Origin: Rebecca billardiae RCC1528
Taxonomy: Eukaryota > Protista > Haptophyta
Reading direction: 5' to 3'
Length of the DNA: 64,000 bases
NCBI GenBank assembly: GCA_965240325.2
Contig: OZ251231.1
Span: forward strand, 1 to 64,000
Shown here: piece by piece, positions 37,713-46,782 of the stretch
Numbering within the stretch: position 1 is the first letter of the stretch
Layout of the letters: each line of letters opens with the position of its first letter
The notes under the pieces: generated by a model
Database searches by the model: none
The model's input: only the letters and a program-made list of their open reading frames with translations
What the model was told of the DNA's origin: nothing
Position numbers and translations under genes: made by a program

Positions 37713-38669
37713 TACAGGCCAGCAGCTGCCGCGCGCTCGGAGCACTCGGCGCAGGCCGCGCGCGGCAACTGCGACTACTACAAATGGCGGCGGTGGGCGC
37801 GGGCGCGGGCGACGGCTGCTTGGCTAGACGATGCGCACGGCGCTGCCAAGGCTCGCCAGCAGACGCCCGTCGTCGCTCGTCCGCCGCCCAACCCGCCATC
37901 CCCCGAGGCCGTCCGACTGCACGCTGAGGGCGGCCGGGCTGCCGGCCGGACCGAGCACTGGCGCTGAGTCTCACGCTGGCGCGGTGGCACAGGGGCTGGT
38001 CTTGTGACGTATGCCTCCAAGACGCATGCCACCGCGTCTGGCACCGGAAGGCGCGCGCGCGCCGAGCCCTGCGTGCTCGCCGCCGGCGCGAGCCGGCGGC
38101 GAGCCGGAAGCCGCGCCGCCGGGCCGCGCGCTTGGCGGCTGCGCTCGTTGATGCGACGCTGCTGCGCGGTGGCACTCGCTGTCTTGCGCAGCGGTGCAGC
38201 GCGCGACGTGCCTGCTGTGCGAGCACGCGCTCGCGCCGCACGCCAGCGCGCCGCCGTGAGCGTGCCGTGAGCCCCAACGACACAAAGCACGTGCCAACCG
38301 CCGCCTCGGCAGCCATGCTGGCTGCTCCGCGGAAAGAAAGCCCGGACGATCACACGGATTCGTTTTGTCAGCAGCCGCCAGCCCGGCAGAAGTCTGTCTA
38401 GAAGAGCGATGGCGGCATCGCCTCCGGGCGCGAGCGGCGCCTTCGCCGCTCCGCCGTGCCCGCTTGCGCGACGGCAGGCGCGCGCGGTCGCGCACGGGCC
38501 GGGGAGGCGTGCGCAGCAGCAAAGGCGCGTCACCCTGCGCCCGGCGCGCCCCCGCCCGCGCGCCTGCTCCCCGAACAGTGAGCGCTGCGCCGCGTCGGTC
38601 ACGGCCGCATGCAGAGCCATGCACAACCACGAGTGAGCAAGCCGTGCGCGGGTACGCTCACGCAGCTCT

Positions 38670-39240
38670 GAGCAGTGGCGCGGGTGCAACGCCGTCGATC
38701 CATCGCGCACGCATGCGCCCGCCGCCCGCCCGCCGCGCGCGGCGCGCCGAGTGCGCGCGCGCGCGCGACGGGCAGCAGTCCAGTCTCGACGAGCCGTCGC
38801 GCGTGGCAACATTCGCACTGCGCCCCTGGCCGGTGCAGCAGGCAGCGTGCGCGCGCGCGTACACGCCACGGGCCGTTTGTGTGTTACCTGGTGCTCCGCG
38901 CCAGCCCGTGGCGCGCCGGCCGCTCGCGGACTCGCCTCGTGTGCGGCTGCCGCACGCGAGCGCGACGCCTGCCGACCGAGCAGTGGTGAGGGAGCATTGC
39001 AGCCACTCCATCGCGCACTCCTGCGCCCTCCGCCCGCCCGCCACAGGCACCGCGCCGAGCGCGCGCGCGCGCACGTGACTGCCCGCACCGGTCCGCCGGC
39101 CGCTGCTGCCGTCGAGTGTGGCAACGCACGAGCGGTGCATCCGGCCGGTGCTCCAGGCAGCGTGGGCGTGGGCGCGCATGGGTCGGCCCGTCTCGGTGTA
39201 GCACGCCAGTGCCCCGCGCCAACCCGTGGTGCGCAGGCTG
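38670..39240. repeat. Old diverged tandem duplication, period ~308 bp
   Basis: GAGCAGTGG...TCCATCGCGCAC...CCGCCCGCCCGCC...GTGGCAAC...GGCCGGTGC..CAGGCAGCGTG...CCGCGCCA.CCCGTGG occurs at ~38670-38920 and again at ~38978-39235. Confidence 0.75.
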
Positions 39241-39955
39241 CCCGCCAACTGGCTTCACGTGCGGCTGCCAGTCGCCACGCGGCAACTCAGCATCTCCTTT
39301 GCCTTCAGCCCCGCAGCCGCTGCCGCCAGCGTGGGGCGAAGACTCCGCCGCTCACACTGCGCACATCCGTCCAACCCACCTCGATCTTGGATGGCATGCC
39401 TCGCTCGCCGCTATAAGTTATTGTGCTGCTGGGCCACGTGCCAGCTGCCCCTCACTCCTCCGCGCGCGCCGGGCCCCGGCTGCGGTTGATTGCGCCCGTT
39501 CCGGACTACCGGAGCCGCCCATCAACGCCACGCACTCGGCGCTGCAGGGCTGCGCCTCCAGGCTGCTCAGCAAGGCTATATCTAGTAGACGAATAACAAC
39601 TGGACAAGGTAGTCAAGGCGGGCCGGGTCTGAACAGTCTGCTCTCTCTCTCTCGATCTCTCTCGATCGTAGTAGTCGTCGTCTACGCGTACTCTCGTCTC
39701 GTCTCTAACTAGTCTGGCTCAGCATCTACCGACTATATCTCTATATGCTGCGCGTTGCTCTCGAACTACCTACGTAGACGGCGCCGCTGGCTGATGCTGT
39801 CATCATTCTGATATTCGTTCATCATCATACTACTATACTACATCATCATATCATATCAGTCCGCAGTCACGTACGGGACCCGGTCGGTCGTCAGGCCGCA
39901 CAGCCTTGGCGCAGCGCGCCCCAGATTGCAGATCGACGGTCAAGGCAGGCCCCGA

Positions 39956-41896
39956 CTAGGGGCGCGCGCGCGCGGCTGGTATAAGTCGCCGGCGGAGCAA
40001 GGCCACGCATCCCTCGCTCCGAGCTCTAACACTGCTCGTCATTAGTAGCGTACTAGTTGAAGTGCTGCTTGCCTGGGGGGCGCCGGCGGGAGAGCGGGGC
40101 GCGGGCACCCAGCGGGACTCAGCGGCGCCGGCGGGGCCCGCTGGCGCGCACGCGCGCGCCGATTGTGCAGGGCACGCGCGCGTCCCCCTCGCGTGCGCAC
40201 CGATCCGCTTGATGATCGCCGCCTGCACGGTGCAGCCGAGCACCTGTGGCGCCCTTGGCAGCGCCTTGAGCTCGCGCCAGTCGCCCTCTCGCGGGCCTGT
40301 CGGGAATTGCACCGGAGCGGGTGCGGACGCGCGCTTCGAAGCGCGCCCGGCGGACGAGGCCGGCTTCATATTCGCGGCGGCGCACGCCTTGCGTCGCGTC
40401 GCGCGCGCCGCGGCGCCGCGCGGCGGCGGCGGCTGCGCGGGCGCTCCCCCGTCCACCGCGCCAGATCCGTCGCCGGCCGCCGCCTCGATGGGCGGCGTCT
40501 CGTCGCCCTCGTCGTCGATGTCCATTGGCCCGGCGCCGCCACCCGCCTCGTCGACGCCGGCCGGTGGTGCGACCCGCAGCGCGCCGAGCTTCCACACACC
40601 GTCCGCGCCCCGGCGCATGCGGCGGATGCACAGCGTGTTGAGCGGCGGATTCTTGGGCGGGCTGCCGTTTGATTGCGCGGCCGCCTCCGGGAACGGCGGC
40701 GCCGCAAAGCCCGGCACGGTCGGCGGCGCGCCGGCGGCGGCGGCGTCGATGGCCGCGCCGGCAAGGGTCTGCTGCGCGAGCGCCATCCCGGTCGTGTGCC
40801 CGTTCGCCCGCATGCGCCCGGGCGCATCCAACCAAGCGCCCGTGCGCCTCCTGGTCACGTACGCCACCGTCGCCGCGCGCGCGCCGAGGCGGCCAAAGAG
40901 GACGGCCGCGCTGAGCACCGCCGCCCACGCCGCCTCGACGTGGCCCTGGCCGCACACGCGCACGAGCTCGGCGTCGCCGCCGCCCGCGTCCTCCCACGTG
41001 GCGATGGCCGAGGCGGGCGCATTCGGCCCGGCGGCGCTGTTGTAGCGCGCGGCGAGCACCGCCGCGCGGCCGTCGGATGTCGCCCCGGCGCCTTGCATAC
41101 GGCCCTGGAAGTCGATGGCGTCAACGAGGAGCAGCGACTCCTCAAAGTCGTCGAGGTGCCGCCGGCCCTCCGACCCCGCGTCGCGAAGGATCGCGGCGCG
41201 CGACTCCTTGATGACGCGCTCGACATCGCCGCCGACCGCCTCGACGCCGATCCGCGGCAGCCGCAGCACGATCGTCTCCGCTACGTCGCCGGGCGAGAGG
41301 CCCGCGCGGACGAGGACGAGCGTGGGCGGCGCGCCCGGCGGCAGCGTGGTCGCGGTGAGCCCGCGCGCCGCCGACCTGCCGGTGGGCATGTCCGCCAGCT
41401 TCTCGCCGAGGACGTCGAGTGCGCCGACGAGCAGCGTGGGGGCCAGCGTCTCCGCGAGCCCGTCCGTCCACTCTGGCGGCGGCTCGACGGGCGGCGGCCA
41501 GCGCACCACACGCGCCGCGCGCGCGGTCTGCGCGTCGGCGGCGCGCAGGTGGGCCGTCGTGAGCACGCCGCTCGCGAGCGCGGCGCGGAGCTCGTCCTCG
41601 GTGGCGGGCGGACCGGCCGCGCCCGCGCCGCCGGCGTCTGGATCGGGCTCGAGGACGATCGCGTCCTCGAGCCCGGCCGGCCTCGTCCCCACGACCACGC
41701 GCACGTCCACAGCGGCCACCTCCACGACGCGCTCGCCGCCGATCGACGCCACCGTGACCGTCGGCGCGGGCGGCGCCGTGGCCCGGACGTGCCAGCCGCG
41801 GCCGCTGTGCGTGGACACGCGAATGAGTCCATCGCCCCTCTCGCCCGCCGCCACCAGCGGCGTGTTGTCCATCGGGGGTCGTGTCTCAGTCGGCAT
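39956..41896 (-). CDS. Hypothetical protein (~646 aa from the first ATG; the C-terminal part may be spliced differently)
   Basis: Long ORF with globular-looking segments (AETIVLRLPRIGVEAVGGDVERVIKESRAAILRD...LDDFEESLLLVDAIDFQGR) and GC3-rich codons. No family recognised. A GTGCGC donor-like site near 40200 could truncate the read-through tail. Confidence 0.6.
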   Translation of the reverse strand: MPTETRPPMDNTPLVAAGERGDGLIRVSTHSGRGWHVRATAPPAPTVTVASIGGERVVEVAAVDVRVVVGTRPAGLEDAIVLEPDPDAGGAGAAGPPATEDELRAALASGVLTTAHLRAADAQTARAARVVRWPPPVEPPPEWTDGLAETLAPTLLVGALDVLGEKLADMPTGRSAARGLTATTLPPGAPPTLVLVRAGLSPGDVAETIVLRLPRIGVEAVGGDVERVIKESRAAILRDAGSEGRRHLDDFEESLLLVDAIDFQGRMQGAGATSDGRAAVLAARYNSAAGPNAPASAIATWEDAGGGDAELVRVCGQGHVEAAWAAVLSAAVLFGRLGARAATVAYVTRRRTGAWLDAPGRMRANGHTTGMALAQQTLAGAAIDAAAAGAPPTVPGFAAPPFPEAAAQSNGSPPKNPPLNTLCIRRMRRGADGVWKLGALRVAPPAGVDEAGGGAGPMDIDDEGDETPPIEAAAGDGSGAVDGGAPAQPPPPRGAAARATRRKACAAANMKPASSAGRASKRASAPAPVQFPTGPREGDWRELKALPRAPQVLGCTVQAAIIKRIGAHARGTRACPAQSARACAPAGPAGAAESRWVPAPRSPAGAPQASSTSTSTLLMTSSVRARSEGCVALLRRRLIPAARARP

Positions 41897-41946
41897 CAAA
41901 AATCCGGTGGACCCGCGCGTTGCCGCGTTCGGGTCCAACCGTCGAC

Positions 41947-42357
41947 ATGGTGACGAACGTGTGGCAGGAGACCTTTGCCATGGCCACGGCCTCGGTCGAT
42001 CTGCTAGGCGCCGCGGAGCGCGCGCGGGTGCCCGTGGCGGAGCGTGACGGCGACGGGATCGCGCCTGCGTGCGCCGTCGCCGGGTCAGGGTGCGGGTCAG
42101 AGCGGTGCCGCGCGTGCCGCGTCTCGGCGCTCGTCCGCGAGCTCGGGGCGTGTGTCGCGGTGGTCGGTGCGTGGCGCGAGGAGCTCGGCGCCGCCGTCGC
42201 GGGCGTGTGCCGGCGGACGGGCGCCCCCGCTCTGCCCCCCGTGCACTCGCCCGTGCCCGGCGCGGATCCCGGCGCGGTGAGCAGCGAGTGCCTCAACTCG
42301 CGCGCGGGAGCGTGCGCGCGGCTCCAGGCGACGCTCGACGCCGTGTTAGCGCCCTAA
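41947..42357 (+). CDS. Small Cys-containing hypothetical protein (136 aa), divergent from the 646-aa ORF
   Basis: ATG at 41947; MVTNVWQETFAMATASVDLLGAAERARVPV...CGSERCRACRVSALVRELGACVAVVGAWREEL...CARLQATLDAVLAP. The TAA stop lies inside a CCCTAA motif. Confidence 0.4.
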   Translation: MVTNVWQETFAMATASVDLLGAAERARVPVAERDGDGIAPACAVAGSGCGSERCRACRVSALVRELGACVAVVGAWREELGAAVAGVCRRTGAPALPPVHSPVPGADPGAVSSECLNSRAGACARLQATLDAVLAP

Positions 42358-42375
42358 CCTGAGTGCCCTAACCTG
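42351..42375 (+). repeat. Internal telomere-like doublet GCCCTAACCTG-AGT-GCCCTAACCTG
   Basis: Two copies of CCCTAACC 14 bp apart, in the same orientation as the terminal array. Confidence 0.7.
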
Positions 42376-42406
42376 CGGCGCACGCCGCAGAGCCCGCCCG
42401 CGCACT

Positions 42407-42778
42407 GGAGGCAGCTCGGACGAGGTGGGAGATGGGGGCGCGGGGGCGGGGGCAGGCTGGGCGGGTGCGTGGCGCCAGCCACGGCCGGGACCGTGCTCAC
42501 GCCACGCGCCGCCGAGCAGCACGCGCTGCGGTCGCTCGGCTGGCCCGCTGCCCACCCCACGCGCTGCCGCACAGTAGCGCCCACGCGGGCGCGCGATGAA
42601 CGGCCGGTGGCGGCCACGCACGCGCTGCCCCGGATGCAGCGTCGGTGCCGCAGCCGCAGCCCGAGCCTGGCTCGCGGTCGTCGCGTGCGCCCTCGCGCGG
42701 GCAGCCGGCTCCACGCCTCGCGCTCGGCTTGACCGCCGCGTGCTGCGCCGCGGAGTTCATCACCGCGGCACCTCGCCA
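42407..42778. repeat. Diverged dispersed repeat, copy B (partner at 37194-37712)
   Basis: Colinear match to copy A, lacking ~150 bp present in the middle of copy A. Confidence 0.85.
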
Positions 42779-43502
42779 GCCAGAATACTGAATAATAATA
42801 AGGCGCAGTCGTAGATAGACAGAAAGTCACTTGCGAAGCCAGGCCGCGTGGACTGGGTCAGGACACTTGAAGCACTAGCTGCTGTGGCGACACGCAGGAG
42901 ATTACTCACTCGTGGCGGCGGCGGGCGCGGGCGCGCGGGTGTCAGTGTCGGTGATCAGCCGGGCCGCTGGCCTTGACACTGCAGCGGCGACGCGCGCAGG
43001 CGATGATGCCGACGATGCGCAGCAGCCACGGCGCCCGCGCGCGCCGTCGCGATATGATGCGCACCGTGCCGGACGACGCTATCTCGGGCGGCGCGCTGAT
43101 GAATAATGTCGGCGCATCGCGTCGTTGGCGGATCGGCGAGGCCCGGGCGAGGGCATCCGAGCGCGCCATTATCAGCCCGCCATAGACATAGTCACCAGCA
43201 CCGCTGCGAAGCGCCGCCAAGCGGGCAAGGCGGCGGGCTCCGCCTCCGTCGGTGCCAATGGTACGGCCGGCCTGACGGGTCCGCTGTGCTGGGCACTCGC
43301 GGCTGGCCAATTCCACGGTATATATGGCGCTCGCGCCCGTATACGCACGCAGCTGCGCTGCTATAGTAGCGCTAGCTAGTACGTCGCCGAGTGCGTGGCG
43401 GTCCTCGCCGATGCAGCATGATGTCGTAGTAGTCATCATCTCGCCACCGGCCGCGTGCGCGCGCATCGTCACGGCTACTTACACAGTACGCCAAGCACAA
43501 GC

Positions 43503-43731
43503 TCACTCGGCGGCCGGCGGCGGCGGCGGCGGCGCGGCGGCGGCGGCCTCCTCGGCGGGCGGCGGCGGCGGCGCGCTCGTCGGCGGCGCGGGCCCGTCGG
43601 CCGCCGCGGCGGGCGGCGCCGCGTCGCCGCCGCCGCCGCGCGGCGCGAGCTCGGCGAGCGCCTCGGCGCACAGCGCGTCGAGCGCGCGCAGCAGCCGCTC
43701 GGCCGGCGGCGCGGCCGGCGGCGGCTCGGGC

Positions 43732-43763
<32 letters not shown>

Positions 43764-45610
43764 GAGCAGCACGGCGCCGCCCGACGCGGCGTCCGCGCCG
43801 CCGGGCAGCGCGCCGAGCGCCTCCGCGCCGCCGAGCGCCTCGACCTCGTCGGCGAACGCCTCGCGCAGCGCGGCGCCGAGCGCGCGCGCCGCCGCGGCCG
43901 CCTCGTCGGCGCGCAGCCCGGCCGCGGCCGCGCGCGCCGCGCCGCGCCGCAGCACGCCGAGCGCGGCGGCGGGGTCGCCGACGAGGTCGGCGAGCACCGC
44001 GTCGAGCGCCGCGTCCAGCCGCGCGCCGAGCGCGTGCAGCCCCGCCTCCGCGCGCAGCTCCGCCGCGTCGCGGAACGCGCAGCGCGCGAGCAGCGCCGGC
44101 ATCGCGGCAAACGCGCCTAGCAGCGCGCGCACCGACAGCGCAGACGCGCCCGCAAACGGCTCGGCGGCGCCGGCGGGCGCGGCGGTGGGCGGCGGGGAGG
44201 CGGCGGCCGAGGCGGCGGCGCCGCCGCCCTTGCCCTTCGCCATCGCCGCGGACGACGCGCCGCGCGCGAGCTGCTGCTTGCCCTTGCCCGCGGGCTGCTT
44301 GGCGCGCGCGGCCGCGTCGGCCGCGTCGGCCGCGCCGCCTCGGCCCGCGCGCCTGCCGCGCGCGCGGGCCCACACCGCCTGCAGCAGCCGCACGTCGGCG
44401 TACGGCAGCGCGACGCCGAAGCCGCGCGCGCACGGGTTGGACGACAGGTCGACGACGCGGCACGCCTCCGCCGCCGCGAGCGCGCGGCACAGCGCCTGCG
44501 CGCGCGCGCGCGCGCGCGGCGCGTGAGCGGGCGGCGCGCGCCGCGCGCCGCGCGGCCGGCCGGCCGGAGGCGAGGGCGCGCGCACACCAGCCGGCCGGGC
44601 GCGCCGACGCGGTTGTGCGCGAGCACGACGTGGCGCAGCCGCGCGTTGCCCAGGCTGACGTGCGTCGCGCCGTCCGCGAGCAGCGCCAGCGCCGGCCCCG
44701 TGTACGCCGCCGCCCGCCCGCCCGCGGCGGCGTCGGCGCGCGCGAGCGCATGCTCGCCAAACGGCTCGGCGGCGGCGCCGTCCGCGCCCGCGCCCGCGCC
44801 GGTGGGCGTGGCGGGCACCTTGGCGCCGCCGCCGCCCTTGGGGCCGCCCTTCTTGAGCGGCGTGGACGTGCTCGGCGTGGCGACGCTCGTCGGCGCGGGC
44901 GGCTCGGGCACCATCTGCTCCTCCGCCGCCACCAGGTCCACCGCGAGCACCGGCTTGCGCTCGGCGGGCGGCGCTGCGCGCGGCGCGGCGCGGCGCGGCG
45001 CGCGCGGCGCGGCGCGGCGCGGCGCGTGAGCGCGCGCGCGCGCGCGCGCGCTCGGCGCGCGCCGCGCGCGCCGCGCACCCTTCGCCCCGCCCGCGGCGGC
45101 GCCGGGCTTGGCCGGGGCGGCCGCGCCGGAGGCGGACGGCTTGACCGCGCCCGGCCCGCCGCCCTTCTTCCCGCCCGCGCCCGCGCCCGCGTCGGGCGCG
45201 GGCTCGGGCGCGAGCGGCGGCAGCGCGCCGCCCGCCTCAGCGCGCGCGCGCGCCGCCACCTCGGCCGCGCTCGCCGGCCGGCGCGTGTGCACGAGCTCGG
45301 CGAGCGCGCGCGCGCCGCCGTCGGCGCACTGCACGGAGGCGAGCACGAGCGTCTCGAGCGCGCCGTTCGCGTACAGCGCGGCGCACAGCGCGCCCACGCC
45401 CGCGTCGCGCAGCGGGTTGGCGCTCAGGTCGAGGTGGGTCAGGCGTTCGTGCCACGGCAGCGCGCACGCGCACGCGCGGGACACGTCGTCCGCGCCGCGC
45501 AGGTCGGAGCAGCGCAGGCTGAGCGCGCTCAGGCCGGCGCCGCCGACGAGCAGAGCGCGCAGCCGCTCGGTGGGCTCGAGCATCGCGCGCGCGTGCGCGC
45601 CGCCCTCCTC

Positions 45611-45669
<59 letters not shown>

Positions 45670-46423
45670 TGGGCTCGGGCGCGGGCGCGGCGGCCGCCGC
45701 CGCGTCCGCGCCGGGCGCGGCGGCGGCGGGCGCGTCGTCGTCGTGCGCGCCCTCGAAGATGATGCTCGCCACCTCCTCCGCCTCCGCCGCCTCGAGCAGC
45801 CCGACGCCCTCGCCGCCGCCGCGCGCGCGCCGCTGCCCTCCGAGCTCGAGCAGCGCCACGTGCGTGCAGCCCAGCAGCCGCGCGAGCAGAGCGAGGCCGA
45901 CGCTCGAGAGGTCCGAGTGCCAGAGGGAGAGGGCGCGGACGGACGGCGCGTGCGCGAGCGAGGCGAGCAGCGCGACCAGCGTGCCCCCGTCCAGCGCCGC
46001 GCCCGCGATCGCCACGCGCTCGGGCGGCGGCGCGCCGGGCGGCGGCAGCGCGCCCGCCACCGCCGGGTGCGGCTTGACGCCGAGCAGCCGGCACGCGCGC
46101 GCGTAGCGCTCGGCGAGCTCGGGCACGCCGGCGAGGCGCGAGAGCCCCGGCTCGGCGTACAGCGGCGCCGCGCGCGCGAGCGCGCGCTCGAGCTCGTCCG
46201 CCGCCTCGCGCGGCGCGGCGGGCGGCTCGCGCCACGCGCCGTCCGAGACGGGCGGCACGGCGCCGCCCTCGGGCGCGGGCGCGCCCGCGGCGGCGGCGGC
46301 GGCGGCGCCGAGGAAGAAGGCGCGGTTGTGCTCGTACCGCCAGTGCCCGTACGCGTCGGCCGGGATCGGCGCGGCCGCGTCCGCGTTCTCGCCGGCGTCG
46401 CCCTTGCCGCGGCGCGGCGGCAT
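43503..46423 (-). CDS. Leucine-rich-repeat protein (RNI-like LRRs, resembling LRRC71); 3 exons, introns 44974-45078 and 44496-44587
   Basis: LRR motifs VRALSLWHSDL, LSALSLRCSDL, LTHLDLSANPLRDAGVGALCAAL, LETLVLASVQCADGGARALAE, LRHVVLAHNRV and VVDLSSNP. GT...CAG introns with a CTCAC branch site join the frames. ATG at 46423, TGA at 43503. Confidence 0.85.
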
Positions 46424-46782
46424 AGTGGCGTCGCGCGCACACGAAACGAAAAAACTTGCTGCTGGGCGCGCCCGGACCAATGGGCTTCGTCAACCGGCTT
46501 CGCCATGCCTCATGAATGCCCCGGACCGAAGACTTTGGAGTCGGAGCCTCCGGAAGAGCTGCAAAACGCTCCCTTTTGGCGGCGGGAAGCGGGTAGCTTC
46601 GTTGCGACTCTCAACTCGGGCGTTGCTGGCGGCCTTCAAACAGCGCGGCCGCTTGCGCGTCGCTGATTGGCCGCCGCTCGCCAACGCTTGCTTGGAAGCG
46701 CACGGCGGCTCCCCTGCAAGCCGCCTCTTCCCCGCCAACAGCCGGGCGCGCGCGCGCGCGCGTGCGCGTGCGACCGGCGCGC
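46424..46782. promoter_or_regulatory. Putative bidirectional promoter between the LRR and LysM-TLDc genes
   Basis: ~360-bp lower-GC interval between divergent ATGs, with CCAAT (~46477) and ATTGG (~46666) boxes; positional inference only. Confidence 0.45.

Noticed and set aside
39640-39860. CT/TAG/CAT low-complexity tract
   Set aside because: Similar AT-richer simple-sequence patches occur in other intergenic gaps here (e.g. 18480, 43370, 49600); ordinary intergenic DNA.
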